DNA of 63,536 nucleotides, the filler included, from Ministeria vibrans ATCC 50519 (Eukaryota > Protista > Filasterea), in the NCBI GenBank assembly GCA_943704425.1. It is 5 parts of 5 records of this genome, joined end to end, with 100 filler letters (N's around TTAATTAATTAA, not from the genome) between each part and the next. Parts side by side here need not be neighbours in the genome. Positions count along the whole stretch, not along the records: positions 1 to 29,125 come from CALSCP010002674.1; positions 29,226 to 58,881 come from CALSCP010001954.1; 3 more parts are not named here. One strand, given 5' to 3'. Shown here one piece after another: positions 16,219 to 29,413 of the stretch. The position numbers and the translations under genes are program-made. The notes beneath the pieces are model-generated. The model searched no databases, was not told where the DNA came from, and was given only the letters and a program-made list of their open reading frames with translations. Numbering within the stretch: position 1 is the stretch's first letter; every line of letters begins with the position of its first letter.

Positions 16219-18929
16219 CTATGAGTTGGTAGTGGGAATTGTCGTCTCCCCCGCAGCACCAGGCACAGGCGCACTGCTCTGGCGGCGCTTCTTCTTGCGG
16301 GTCATCCGCCATTCTCGCTTGGAATACACCAGAAACAGAAAGGTCCGCTCGATAATCTCACCTGTGTCAAATTCATAGTACCATGTTTCAGTCGCGTAGT
16401 GCATGTGTTTGTATATGTATGTATGTATGCATGTGTGTGTGTGTGTGTGTGTGTGTGCAGCGCGTGAGTAAGTGTGCATCTGCGTTTGTGCGTACCTTTG
16501 GAGGGATCTGTCTTTGTCTCTTCGTTAAGCAGAATACGTCGTTCGTCTTCAGGTCCCGTTGGATTCGTCAGCACTACAGAAGGATGAGACTCATATTCAG
16601 ACACATTTTTTTTTAAACCCCCCCCTCCAATAAGTTGCGAAAGAGTCGTAGGGATCGTCAATCTTTTGAATATTCGTGCAATTTCCGCCGTTCATGNNNN
16701 NNNNNNNNNNNNNNNNNNNCCCCCCCCCCCCCCCCCCCCCCCCCAGGAGGTAGCTCTACCTTTTTGGTCTTTTCGAAGGAATTCGGAAATGTGAGCGCGA
16801 TCTTCTTGCGAGAGAATGTTGGAGGCGTTAGAAAAGACTTTTTTAAGACGTCTGAAACGAGAATACAAAGTGTTAGAGCGTGTCAGAGAGGCAAACAAAC
16901 ACTCACAGTTGGTATTCCGCTTCTGGGTCGGATTCTGTTGGTCCCTCTGTCGCAGCCACAGAGGGAGTGGAAGGTGATACTATATCAGCAGGAGCAGTAG
17001 TGGTAGTGGTGGCGGTGGTGGTAAGGGTAGGAGTGGTACTTATTGGCGTCGGGGTGGAGGCGGCAGAGGTGGAAAAAGTGGGAGGGAACATGGGAGTGGT
17101 GGCGCCGTAGGGGGACTGCATTTCAGATGCGAGTGCGGCCGTGAAGCTGGTCGTGGTAGTGGGGGTTCCAAACATGGGACCGGAGGAGTAGTCGCCAAAG
17201 GAGGAGGTGGTGATGGGAGGGACAATGAGATCGGGGGTGGGGGTGGTGGGAGTGGCCATGCGGGCGGCACCCATGACACCCGCAAGCTGGTCACTCATGC
17301 TGCCACCGGAGACAATGGGCGACGAAGAAGGGGTCGCGTACGGTTGCAAGGCGGGGGTAGATGGGGTATCAGCGGTGGTGGTGGACGAGGGCGTGAGTGT
17401 GGAGGCTGTGTTGGTTGCACTCCCGAAGATGACGCCTGTCGATGTGGCGGAGGGCATGAACGAAGAGAAGGAGGGCGCCACAGGGGACGCTTGTGCTCCG
17501 CCAAAGATGGACGACTGTGGACGGATTTCGTCTGCAGAGTACGCTGCAAAATTGGGTGTGGTAGCGTCGGCAGTCGATGCAACGGCACTCATCAGCTCAA
17601 TGTTCTTTGCCAGTTGCTTCTCAAACGTTTGCGCAACGCGACTCTGGTACTTTTTGGGCATTTTCTTCTGGCGCTTCGCCGCACTACCCGTGATCTCATC
17701 GTCGCCCGCCAATGGAGTACCCTCGTCGCCATAGGCAGCAGATCCTTCCAAGGGCGAACCAGTGTGTGTCGCAGCGAGTGAATCGACAGAGTCTGCCGGT
17801 CGTTTCTTGTGGTGGTTGCGCGAGCTCAGTTTCTTTGCCTCTTCACCCACGAGCTTGTTCACTTCTTCGTCGTCCATGATAATAGTGGTCTCTTGTGCAA
17901 CATGACGTGCCGCACTACGCACTATAGGGCTGCTGTTGGCACTGGCAATTCCACCACCGCCGAGTGAAGCTCGTGAGCCCATCGGCGACGATGACGGCAT
18001 GCGGCTGGGGTGCGCCGAGAGGCGTCGTGCCGCGTAGCCACCGATACGAGACTTTTCCATGTTCATCCTGCTAATCTCGCTGGCGCGCTTGCGCTCCTGG
18101 TAGTGCTCAACATCGCGTTCCAGCTGCTGTTTCGCCTCGAGAAATTGCGGCTCGCCTCGCAACGTAAAGTAGCCGCCAGCCGAGACACCTTCACGCACCT
18201 CGGCCACATGATGTCCACCGGATTGCATGTACCGGTGCTCCAGTGGTGTGAATTTGGGCGTGGTCACCTGAGAGACTGAGGGAGCAGGAAGAGACGGTTG
18301 AGTGAACAACAGGTCGCGATGGAATCGATTCGTGTCTCAAAGTACGTTTCGTTTTGAGATCCACCACAGCGCGAGCAAGGTCCTTTGTTTTGCTGTCGTC
18401 GTCGTTGTGAGCGGGACAAAGACCCTGGCCTGCCACGTAAGTCGTCACAATGTCGGAAACCTTGCCAAGAGCGAAAGAGAGTCAGAAACAATCAATGGCA
18501 GCGCGTCACATCAAAAGAGGGTTTACAGTGCTGAGCCATTGCCGCTCAGAGTCGTTTCGACTCGCCTCGAGGACACGCTCCATGCTATTTCTCATGGTGG
18601 CAAGCGGCTTCCCGCGAATGCTGAGGAACGAAAGTAGGATCTGGAGGGGAGAGAGAGCACACAACGCATTTTTATTTTCGATGCTTCTCGTTTTTCGCCC
18701 CAATCGCGCAATCACCTTGATTTTGACGATAGGGTGGATGGTAGAAAACTCCTTGGCAACGTCCTCAAGCAGCTGCGGGGTTAGAAAGGGCGCCACTTCA
18801 GCCGCATCCCACGTATTGGGCGACTGCAGACGCGAATTGAGCCAGCTCTACACACCAAAGACACCGTCACCACCACCGCCCTCTTTCCTACATTCCCTCG
18901 TTTTCTTTGTTGTGCTATACCACGTCCAT
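16219..18929 (-). CDS. NELFA: Negative elongation factor A (NELF-A/WHSC2) homologue, multi-exon
   Basis: N-terminus MDV|SWLNSRLQSPNTWDAAEVAPFLTPQLLEDV...KIK|ILLSFLSI...ASRNDSERQWLST|VSDIV parallels human LWLHNKLG...WAPPSIASLLT...KLKLLLGTL...DSDPWVLMVADIL. PLEHRYM resembles PLECQYL. C-terminus VFSNASNILSQEDRAHISEFL...ILLNEE...FLVYSKREWRMTRKKK parallels MFKTANKVTRPEKALILGFM...IKLSEH...EMNYATGQWTRFKKYK. Confidence 0.75.
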
Positions 18930-18988
18930 GTTGCAAAACAACAGCAAATTAAATACAATAATCAATGAAGAAGAAGAATGTAATGATG

Positions 18989-19498
18989 TTACTCTGTACT
19001 CATGTTCGTATTAATCATTTCACTACTTCCAAATAATGTACAAAAAAAGATCATTCCAAGCGACGTTTCCGTGTACGCATAGCCGTAGGGACTAGGGTGA
19101 CTAGGGTGAGTAGGGTCACTACGGATGCCCTCGCCGTGCTGATCAGTGAGTGGTTGTCGACGAGCTGCAGGTGCTCTCGATCGTCTCGGGCGAGACACAG
19201 GACTGTGGTCCGCTTGGACCGGGCCGCCGTCTTCAGCAGCAGGGGCTACCTCCACAGGGTCAACCTTGCTTTGTACCTGTGGAAGTGCACGAGGACGAAC
19301 GATCTTAGGCGCCAGAAGAGGATGAGGCGGCGCAGGAAGGGTTGCCGAGCACTCGGCGCCCACTGGAGGTGGCGGCACTCGAGGACGCGGGTGCTGCCAC
19401 GTCCAGTTTACAACAAGGCTTTGGCTCTTATGGTGGGCATCCACCTCTGCTTCTGAGGCGCTTTCTAGTGCTTTCACGGACAATTTCCGTTTCCGCTC
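18989..19498 (-). other. Orphan Pro-rich exon/ORF, possibly a remnant of a truncated gene-family copy
   Basis: 164-aa ORF preceded by a TAAG acceptor at ~19500 and by the same intron-like repeat found upstream of the REase-kinase gene. No recognisable domain. Confidence 0.3.
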
Positions 19499-19600
19499 TT
19501 AAAAATAATAATAATAATAATAATAAGAAGAAGAAGAAGAATACAACCCATTTATTCATTACAGTCACCAGATCTACAACAAAAGCACAAGTGCAATCGC

Positions 19601-19793
<193 letters not shown>

Positions 19794-21465
19794 TTATTAA
19801 GTCTGATTGTTATAATAAATTTTGTTTTTAGCAGTATAAATGTTGCTCGCTTTGCGTTTTTACTAAATGGAGGGTCTTTCAGCATGTTTTATCACACAAT
19901 GCAGCGGTCGAATTAAATTGATCGAGTAATTCGAGTTATTAAATTTGTCGGTGCCTGTTAAATAATAATACGAAAACATAACCACTTAATGCAAACTCAA
20001 TCAAAACTACAATGAGAATACAACCTATAATATTCATATATGTATGGTACAGTCACCACGCGAAGACACAATCAGACCCCCTTGTACACTAACTCAATCG
20101 AAACTTTAGTGCAGAGGCAGGTCTATTATAATTTATTATGGTTTCTATCAAACCGACTACATATAATAAATAATTATAATTATTATTATTAATAATAATA
20201 ATTTATTATTATTATTATAATTTATTATAATTATAATTATTATGGGCGAAAAGTGCTAGGGAAATTAATTTGTATGGTACTTAATACATTCGAATCTCCA
20301 GGGAGGCGAGATGCGCCTGAGTACAGCATCGCGAAGTACTATACATTTCCGAATTTCGTCAAGTTCGCGCGGGTGCAATCGACCAGCATCCTTCGTTTAA
20401 CCAAACCAATCCATACAGTGGGGTTTGCCAATTTATTTGTGTAAAAAACGTACTGGTCGGGTCTACTCAGATCTGAAGCGTCGACGGCTCAGCTGAGAGC
20501 GACGCTCCATCCTCGGTGGCAAGAATACGACAAAATGCTCAGGGGTTGGCGAGAAAGGACAAGGAGGTATGCATGTGTCGCCAATAAAAAGGTACGGTGG
20601 GTACTGACTTACTGTACGCCGTAGTAGTAGAGTGCAAGCGAGGAACCCTATTCACAAAGAAGCGGAAGAGAATGAGGCCCCACAAGGACGAAAAAAAAAC
20701 GATACGCGGGTGTCGGTCAGCGTGTTGCTTCTTCAGAATCAACTGAAGAAGTGACATGCGAGTGTGTCTAGTTCCGAGTTTGGCGCATATGCGTTCGGTA
20801 TCGAGTGTGTGGCGCAGTTTCGGTAAATGTCGCGAAATGAAGCATTGGCCTGGCGAGCCTGTCTTGGGCCCCAACAAGGGTTCCGTTACAATATTAATGC
20901 GGATGGTTACGACAGAGTTGGATGGGCCGGCTCGCGAAAGGGAAAGTAAAATAAACTGGGTGATGAGTAATCAACAGTTCAAGCTTCAAACCAAATTTCT
21001 TTTTGCAGGGATTTGGGGGTTGGCGCGCTTTTCAACACAGTACAAATTAAAACAGTCCGGAAATGCCAACTCTGCTGGTTCGCAATGTTTGACCATAGCA
21101 GTGGCTAGAACAGACAGAACCGCCCAAAAACACAGGTGCCGTCTCCGTGTTATTGAGAACGGATTATTCAGTTTTGAGGAACGGGTTCATGAGCACGTGA
21201 GACGCGAATGAAGGGAAGAAGAAGCGACCACACGCTTGTCCTTTCGACCGACGCACATTATGCGCACCATGCATGTACACACCCGTCGCTTTCCGCTTCT
21301 TCGCGAGTATAAGATATTGATGTCTTATAGTTATATCCGTACACTCGAATCATTCCAAGTTGATAACTTTACACGCACATCATGTACTACATAGTACTGC
21401 TAGTCCATCTTGTCCTTCTCTCTGAGATACCCCCTCTAGTCTCTCAATCTTTTTTCGTCGTTTTA

Positions 21466-23038
21466 TCACCCCTCTCTCGTAAATGTGTAAAACAAGTGTC
21501 CACGGTAGTGCGGTGCCAGCTGCTCGCCCGTCACCCTCCGGCACCCGGCGGCACAGGCCATGACATCCACCTTGTCTTCATAGAGCTGCACTTGCTCCTT
21601 GGTCAACTCCATCATATACCTAGTATAGGAAACAATGCAATAAAGGTCCTCTCCTACTTTCATCGTCACCTCGATCGTCATCTTACTGCGCGGATTCGAC
21701 AATAATGAGACATCGATCGGCAAAGAGTTCGGCAACCCCCTCACGCGCGAACAAATGCACAAGACTGTTGCTATAGCAGACAAGTGCATAGCGACGAGAG
21801 TGTCGTTTGCGCGCATGCAAGTCGTTCATGTGGTCAGGACTGACCAACCGAGCACATACCCTGCTTGGCGCAGTCGACATTGTCGCCGCACATGCACCCA
21901 CACAACGCTGTACATGTGTGTCTTGCTCTTGCACCATTGCCACTGTGTTGTGCAGCGCAACTTCTCCGGCTGTCACAGCGGGACGCCCTGCCTTGGGCTC
22001 AAGCAGCCCTTCCAGCTCAGTGTGTATCCCAAATGTCGTGTAGGGCCCATTCACAATGTCGCCCTCGTACGCACACGTCATTGAACGTGTAGAGCCTTCA
22101 GAGCCACCCTGACACGACGCGAGTGTAACATTGGTTGCGGCGTACTCTGATTCACGCGATTCAAATGCAATGCCGGTCAAGCGCCAGTACTCATAGTCGT
22201 GTGCCGACAGCGTCGGTGCTTGTTCCTTCATCTTCATTTGGAAGTCCCAATCAATAAGGTTTCGTCGATCATCAAACCTGCCAATTAGGACAACAAGTAA
22301 TTTGACAATCAAATGTGTGAATTAATTATATTATATATAATATAATATATATATATATATATATATGGCTCATACCGGACACCGTAGAATGACCTCGCGC
22401 GCTTGTCCCAGCACTCTTCGCAATCAAACGCATCCAGGGTAGCGGTGCGCCAAAACTTCAGTATGAGCTTGGAAAACAGACTCATGAGTCCACAATATTA
22501 AAAACTGTATCTTACTTCGAGTTGATCCCGGTCGCGAAATTTGAGCCACTCAAGCGTGATCCAGGGAAGAGTGCGCCCAAATGCATCGTCATCGCCCGTC
22601 ACTCCGACAATCAACGTTTTTGCGTTTTGGTTGAGCCAATCGCGTGTTTTCGCCCTTATCAGTGTGTTGCCAAGTATTTCTAAGAACATCTCAGCGCGCT
22701 CCTGCGCCCCAACATCCTGATCACGCATCAACATGGCAAAGACAAGCAGCCGGGCATACGACTCGAGACGTGCATCGACAATATCCATGGCAACGGTCGC
22801 TCGCTTGTGCCGGCCAGCGCGACTATACGTTTGCAACGCATGCCGTCCCTCCACCGACCCCACCACCAGCATGTTCAAGGGGTCGTTCCCACCAGCGTCC
22901 GAAAACACTACACTTGACAGTCAACAACCCCATCGTGCCTTGTATTGTTGTACCTCTCTCAAAACACTCAATTAGGTCAAGGGCCGGCGAAAACCCCCAC
23001 CACACCACAGTGCCATGACCTGGTAAGGCTTTATTCAT
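21466..23038 (-). CDS. DNAAF3: Dynein axonemal assembly factor 3 (PF22) homologue, multi-exon
   Basis: GHGTVVWWGFSPALDL, LESYARLLVF, QERAEMFLEILGNTLIR, LKFRDRDQLE, RFDDRRNLIDWDFQMKMKE, YEYWRLTGIAFESRE, GDIVNGPYTTFGI are all characteristic of DNAAF3. Confidence 0.9.
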
Positions 23039-23320
23039 ATAAAAAAAGAAAAGTTGAAATTGTGGTTAAATGAACACCTCAAAATAATAATAATAAATTT
23101 ATTATTATAATTTTATTCGTGAGAGTGATTCTTCAATATCTCGCGTTCGAAAGAAAAAGCAAGGCTGATGTATACTTTTATGAATGATACCACAGATACC
23201 TTGATAAGAAGGACTCTTGTTGAAAAGGACTCGATTAGAAGACGGCGCGTTGAAGAAGACAAATAATTAATACTCGTCGTAATTATTATTATTATTATCA
23301 TTGTTATTATTACTATTATT

Positions 23321-23431
<111 letters not shown>

Positions 23432-23450
23432 NNNNNNNNNNTTATTATCA

Positions 23451-23603
<153 letters not shown>

Positions 23604-23791
23604 TATCATTATCATTATTATTATTATTATCATTATTATTATTATTGTTATAAATACAATAGAAGTAGAAGAAGACTAACAATGCAACAATAGTAATAAT
23701 AATAATAATAAGGAATACACTAGTAGTACGCTCGCTTAGAGTTAAAAATTTAGGTGGGCGTTCATTCAAGGCGCTACATCATTCATTTTCT

Positions 23792-25087
23792 TCAAGTGTC
23801 ACACAGTGGGGCAAGGTGCGCTTTAAAGTGACTGCGAAGATCGGTATACTTCAGGCCGTTGGCGTGCGCGACGGCCGTGCTCCAAAAAACCGGAGCCAGA
23901 ATGGTGTTCCAATCGGGGTTGGCGCAGTCGCCAATGTTTGCGTACGGGAGCATGATCTCGGCAAGAGTGCGAACGCAAAGGATGAGGTCTTCCTTGCGCA
24001 GATCCGCCTTTCCTGCCGTCGACTGCCTGAGCGTCGAGTACTTCGCTGTACCCGTGTCGGGGTATTTAATACCCTTCCCATCACTCCCCACCTCCATCGC
24101 TTCGCCCCAGTCGTTGAGCAGAAACATGTACACGTCCCCTTCGCGGTAGAGGTACACGTTGTCATACTATCAATTAATATACCTTTGATTAGTACACTAG
24201 ATTTATACTGAGTCTGCTCGTATAATTATAATTGTAAGCTAGTATATACCTTGATGTCACGGTGGACAATGTTCTTCTCATGTGCCGCTTCAACAACGTC
24301 AAACAACTGTGTGGCGTGCAGATGCGAAAACTGAACGCGGCTCTGGCCGAGTGGCTTGTTGACGGGAGTGCCGCGCGGCACTACGATGAGCTGGTGAATC
24401 GTGTGGCCGGAAGATCCTTTGTCCTCGGTCTTATGAACAACTTGGGGGATGTGAGCGCAAACTACGAAAATTAAAAGGCAAACAGACACAATGGTTATGG
24501 AATGAGTACCAGTCTGTCAATGTGTTGTTTGTGCATATGAATTGAAGGCAATTACGGGATGGGCGTGTCTTTTCAAAGTAATCTTGCAAGGTGTGAAGGA
24601 TTTTCGATTCGTTGCTACAGGCAGACGCGTCATTTTGAGAGAACATTTTGACTACTGCGTCGGTGCGACGAGCGGTGCGACGAGCGGTGTCGTTGGTATC
24701 GGGCGTAGTTTCCGGAGCTAGAGTGCCGGCATACGCAATGCATCGCCCGCCACGACCGAGGTAGCCGCCCAGCTTACACACATTGGGTTCATACTAAATT
24801 TATGCAAGTCTGTTAGTTCCTATCCATGTAATTCACAAATTTGGTTGTCAGACACAGCTATACCGGCGGCTGAACAATGCCCAAGTACTCTTTGGTTTGG
24901 GTGAGCAGAGCAAAAATGTGGAGCAGTGGGTGCTCTGTAAAGGTAGCAGTCTTCTCAAGGAGCGGAAGCTCGGCGGCGGAAACTGCGGAAGTGTTGGTTA
25001 TCTTGCAGTCGTGTCGCCTATATGTAAGGATAAAAACAAAGATGTCATTGTACTTTTGATAATAATAATAATAATAATAAGAATAAA

Positions 25088-25125
<38 letters not shown>

Positions 25126-26513
25126 GAAAAGAATAAGAACAAGAATAAGAATAATAATAATAATAAGAATAATAATAAGATTAAGATTGGGAATAATAAT
25201 AATAACAATAACAATAATATTAATATACCTTTGTGATAATGGCAGCTTTACCATTGTACAAAAAGGCAAAGATGACGTTACGCAGTCGGTCGCGTTGGAG
25301 GACGCCGACTTGGTAGCGGAAAGCGGACCCCACCAATTGTTCCTCTGTGAAAACGGAAGCCGTTGTTGGTCGCTTGAGGTCGCCGAGCACCTTGATGTGG
25401 CTGCAATCACCCGACTGGCGTACGTCCTCTTTGGTCGAAGTAACGATGAAATCGGGATACAGACATTGGTCTGAAGTGGGATCAACAAACGAGGATCTGC
25501 CGGGAGCGTAGCGAATGTGGAGCGAGCTGGGTGCAAGCATCTCGTTGAGCTCATCGAGGATGGATTGTACAACGAGGGTCGCGAGTTCCTTCTCGAGCAA
25601 CCCCTTCGATTTCTTGCTCTCAGCCTCTGTTATGGCGCTTTGCAGTTTCTTCTCCAACTCCGTAAGTGTGGCTTTATCCTCCGTGGACACATCTGTAGCG
25701 TATAAAAATTCAATAATAAGACTCAATAATGCTGATTTTCTCCTCTAGCTTTGATACGTTCATGAGAGAGTTTGAGGTCGGAGAGATGACGGGCTTTGCT
25801 CTGCGTGAGTGCAACCTTCGTTTGCTGTTCGAGTGAGGAACTCAAAAACAGTTTCCTGGTATCAGAGGCAAGATCGTAAACTTGCTCCTGTCCAGCCATA
25901 CAAAACGATAATAACAATGAAGTTAATAATAATAATAATAATAATAAAATAATTATAATAATAATAATAATAAAATATAATAATAATAATAATAATAATA
26001 AAAATTAATAATAATAATAATAATAATAAAATAATTATTATAATAATAATAATAATAATAATAATTATTATTATTATTATTATTATTATTACAACTAGCT
26101 ATATATTTAAAACAGAACCAGATTAGTACAATCTATACGACGTACGTTTGCGCTCTTCAGCTCTTTTTCAAGGGTCTCGACCGTCTCTTGACGCTTGGCT
26201 GCGGTTTTCTCCAGCTCTTCATATCTGCCTTCGACCCTCTGCAAAGCTGCGCTTGCTTTCCGAAGCTCCTCGATCTCTCGTTCCTTCTGTTCCCGAAGCT
26301 CCTCGATCTCTCGTTCCTTCTGTTCCCGAAGCTCCTTGATCTCTTGTTCTTTCTGTTCCCGAAGCTTTTCCATCTTCTCCATCTTTTGTTCCTTCTGTTC
26401 CCAAAGCTCCTTGATCTCTTGTTCTTTCTGTTGCCGAAGCTCCTTGATCTGCTGCTCAAGCTTCTGTATCTGCTTCAGAAGGTGGTTGTTCAGCGGATCA
26501 AAGAACTTGGACT
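23792..26513 (-). CDS. Crinkler/RHS-like protein: coiled-coil repeat + PD-(D/E)XK restriction-endonuclease-like domain + protein kinase domain; multi-exon, 5' end uncertain
   Basis: KELREQKEQEI-type 11-aa repeats; YPDFIVT...VLGDLK...GSAFRY...IFAFLYNG (REase-fold pattern); kinase motifs YLGRGGRCIAY, AVVKMF, NESKIL, IVHRDIK|YDN, LLNDWG, GTAKYS, KEDL. Confidence 0.7.
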
Positions 26514-26744
26514 GTAAAACAATAAAGAAGAAGGGTAAAAGTTAAATTAATAATGGTACAATTGAAGAAGACAATAATAAGAATAAGAATACAACCCATT
26601 TATTAGTTCACCACGCAAGATGATAATAATAAGAAAATATAAAATTAATAGTAATAATAGAAAAATAAAATAATAGAGAATCAAGAGCTGTACTCAATGT
26701 CAAAACAAAACTATATAAAAAACAAAGAACAGCACAATACTTCC

Positions 26745-26769
<25 letters not shown>

Positions 26770-26775
<6 letters not shown>

Positions 26776-27145
26776 GAAGAAGAAGAATACAACCCATTTA
26801 TTAATGATACAGTCACCACGCGAAGACACAGCCAGACCGCCTTGCAAACTCGACCGAAACTCTAGAGGTAACATGGGAGAACAGTGGCAGGTCATAGTGC
26901 TGTGTCGACGCTATCCAGTGAGGCAATCGCAATGGTACGCCATACCCCCAGAGGAGGCTTAGGGCTCTGACACCATGAAGGTGTCTGTCGGCAAGGAGTG
27001 TAAAGTCGAAGTCGTGGTTGAGGCAATCGGATCGGTGGTCGGCGGCGGCAAGTCCAGGTGGCTGCGGGGCGCTCCCGTGGTACACAGGCGGGGCGGGTCG
27101 GCTGTAGGGCGGCTGGTGTGCTTGTTGTCGTGACTGTGTGTTAGA
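26770..27145. repeat. Longest copy of the dispersed repeat family, upstream of the REase-kinase gene; partial copies at ~11060-11300, ~19530-19575, ~20049-20125 and ~26580-26620
   Basis: Shared strings gaatacaacccatttatt and acagtcaccacgcgaagacaca...cagacc...cttg, plus the blocks listed for 11060-11300. Confidence 0.75.
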
Positions 27146-27668
27146 TTATGAGGATAGAGATATGGTTGGGTAGGGGGGGGAAAAACGNNNNNNNNNNNNN
27201 NNNNNNNNNNNNNNNNNNNNNNNNNNNNNNNNNNNNNNNNNNNNNNNNNNNNNNNNNNNNNNNNNNNNNNNNNNNNNNNNNNNNNNNNNNNNNNNNNNNN
27301 NNNNNNNNNNNNNNNNNNNNNNNNNNNNNNNNNNNNNNNNNNNNNNNNNNNNNNNNNNNNNNNNNNNNNNNNNNNNNNNNNNNNNNNNNNNNNNNNNNNN
27401 NNNNNNNNNNNNNNNNNNNNNNNNNNNNNNNNNNNNNNNNNNNNNNNNNNNNNNNNNNNNNNNNNNNNNNNNNNNNNNNNNNNNNNNNNNNNNNNNNTAG
27501 AGAAAATACACATACAAAAGAGAGTAATACAATACTTCCGCCACAGACTAACTCCAAAAAGATGGGGCGCCCATAGACCCACAAATACGTTCAACTTTTG
27601 TATCACAAGTTTGTGTTGTCGCTTTTCGTTTTCATCCTCAATCTTTACTTTAATCTTATTCCTTATTC

Positions 27669-29053
27669 ATGCATCTCGTACTCCTCGTGACCACGCTCAC
27701 GCTTTGTGCGATCGCCTCGGGGCTGCCCGCATACACGCCCACTGCGGTTGTGGTTCCGCTGCGTGGCACAAAGGGGGCATCCATTCATGTGGCAGTCGGC
27801 AGCGACTCGTCGTTTCGTCTGGGAGTGCGTTTCAACCCAAACAACGGCGAAAGTGCCGCACTCGAGTCGCCGTCGCTCGACTCCGCACGGCCCCTCCCGC
27901 CCTCGTCGCCTTTCAAGTGGAAGGACTACACGGGGTTGTCGACGTCCTTTGGTGCGCTCGTGGCGCGCGAAGACGGCGAATGGGCGCTGTTGTCCGCGAG
28001 CAAGGAGGTGCTCCTCCAAAGTGACGGTGCTCCCTTCGTCCACAACAACAACGTCACGGTGAAGCTCCCAGTGGCCAGCAGCGTTGCCAATGGTCCCGCT
28101 GCCTGCCTGGGCAACGGTGTTTTTGGCCCTCCCTTTGTGTTTTCGGGCGAAGGCGATAAGGGATTTTGGGCGTACGTCGTCAGCGAGTGGAACTACGATC
28201 ACAAAGAGCCCGCCAGTACGTATGTTCACTGCTACCCCGGTGCATTTGATGTTGGCTCAGGGCACGTCGGCAACGACACGTGCGCCACATCGGAGCGACG
28301 CGAGGACGCCGATGCCACAGGCGCAACACGCTCGAAAAACTGTCCCGACGGTCTGTCGGGCACTACGGTCGACTCATGCTGCGCAGCGTGCAATGCCGAC
28401 TCGGATTGTACCTCGTGGGTGTGGGCGTCGCCCAACGACCCCGATCCCAGCGGCAAAGACTGTTGGCTTCTTTCCGTGTCGTCAGGCACAACCACACGCT
28501 CTGGGCGCACCTGGGGCGGAGCTGTGCCGCCAAAGGAGGACGGACGCGACGGCTGGTGGGCGGGCGGCCAGAACGCGGACTGGTACCTGGCGCCGACCAA
28601 AACAGCCTTTGACTACCAGCGTGCCTTCTTTGATCTTACAGGAGCGCCGGCTCTGGCGCCCCTGTACGCGTACGGTTTTATGGCGACCTATTGGGGCTAC
28701 GACACCATGCAAGAGGTGGAGACGAACATGACGACATTCCGCGCCGAGTCTTACCCCATCGACAGCATGATCATGGACTATGACTGGTTCTGCTCCAACG
28801 ACGGTAAGGACTGCGACGACAGCGGCTACCGCAGCGACTTCTGGCGCGACCAGACGTTTGTCGACGACGGCAAGACAATCGAAACGCACACACCCAAGGA
28901 TGTCCTCGATCACTTCCACGCGCTGGGCTTCCGCTGGGGCGGCATTCGCAAACCCCGTACCTACAGCAACATTCAGATGTGCAAGGACAAGGGATGGCTT
29001 CTTCCCGACTCCGACAGTGTTGGCGCTGGTGACAACAACTGGAACTACTCCAT
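27669..29053 (+). CDS. Secreted glycoside hydrolase family 31 protein with an inserted PAN/Apple domain (3' part lost in assembly gap)
   Basis: Signal peptide MHLVLLVTTLTLCAIASG; PAN-like DSCCAACNADSDCTSWVW...CWLL; GH31 barrel start DLTGAPALAPLYAYGFMATYWGY...YPIDSMIMDYDWF. Probable GT donor at ~29054. Confidence 0.8.
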
Positions 29054-29169
29054 GTACGAATTTTCATTCGTGTAATTGTTCATCTACATAGCCTATTTCC
29101 GTTCCGTTCACAACCCCTCCCCCCCNNNNNNNNNNNNNNNNNNNNNNNNNNNNNNNNNNNNNNNNNNNN

Positions 29170-29181
29170 TTAATTAATTAA
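29170..29181. other. Artificial contig-joining linker TTAATTAATTAA flanked by N runs (also ~58926, ~60778, ~62437)
   Basis: The same 12-mer, giving stops in all six frames, sits between ~45-N blocks at four places. Confidence 0.9.
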
Positions 29182-29413
29182 NNNNNNNNNNNNNNNNNNN
29201 NNNNNNNNNNNNNNNNNNNNNNNNNTTTTTTTTTGGGTTTTTCGTGTCACGACTGAAATGAAGATAGCGCGCTGTAGCTGCAGAGCTGTGGCGTGCCTAC
29301 CTGCATTGCATGTCGCTGGCGTGTGCCCGGCTCCTTTGCTTGCTTTGCTTTTGCGGTTGCGTTCTCTCTCCCCCTTTTTTTTTTTATCTTATCAGTTCTG
29401 TCGTCGCGTTTAG

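Noticed and set aside
20250-21300. ORFs of 110-150 aa between the repeat remnant and DNAAF3
   Set aside because: No recognisable domain or consistent splice structure; may be decayed sequence but cannot be supported.
29170-29181. Palindromic TTAATTAATTAA repeated four times (PacI- or piggyBac-like sites)
   Set aside because: Always embedded between N runs; it is an artificial six-frame-stop contig linker. Gene adjacency across these points is unreliable.
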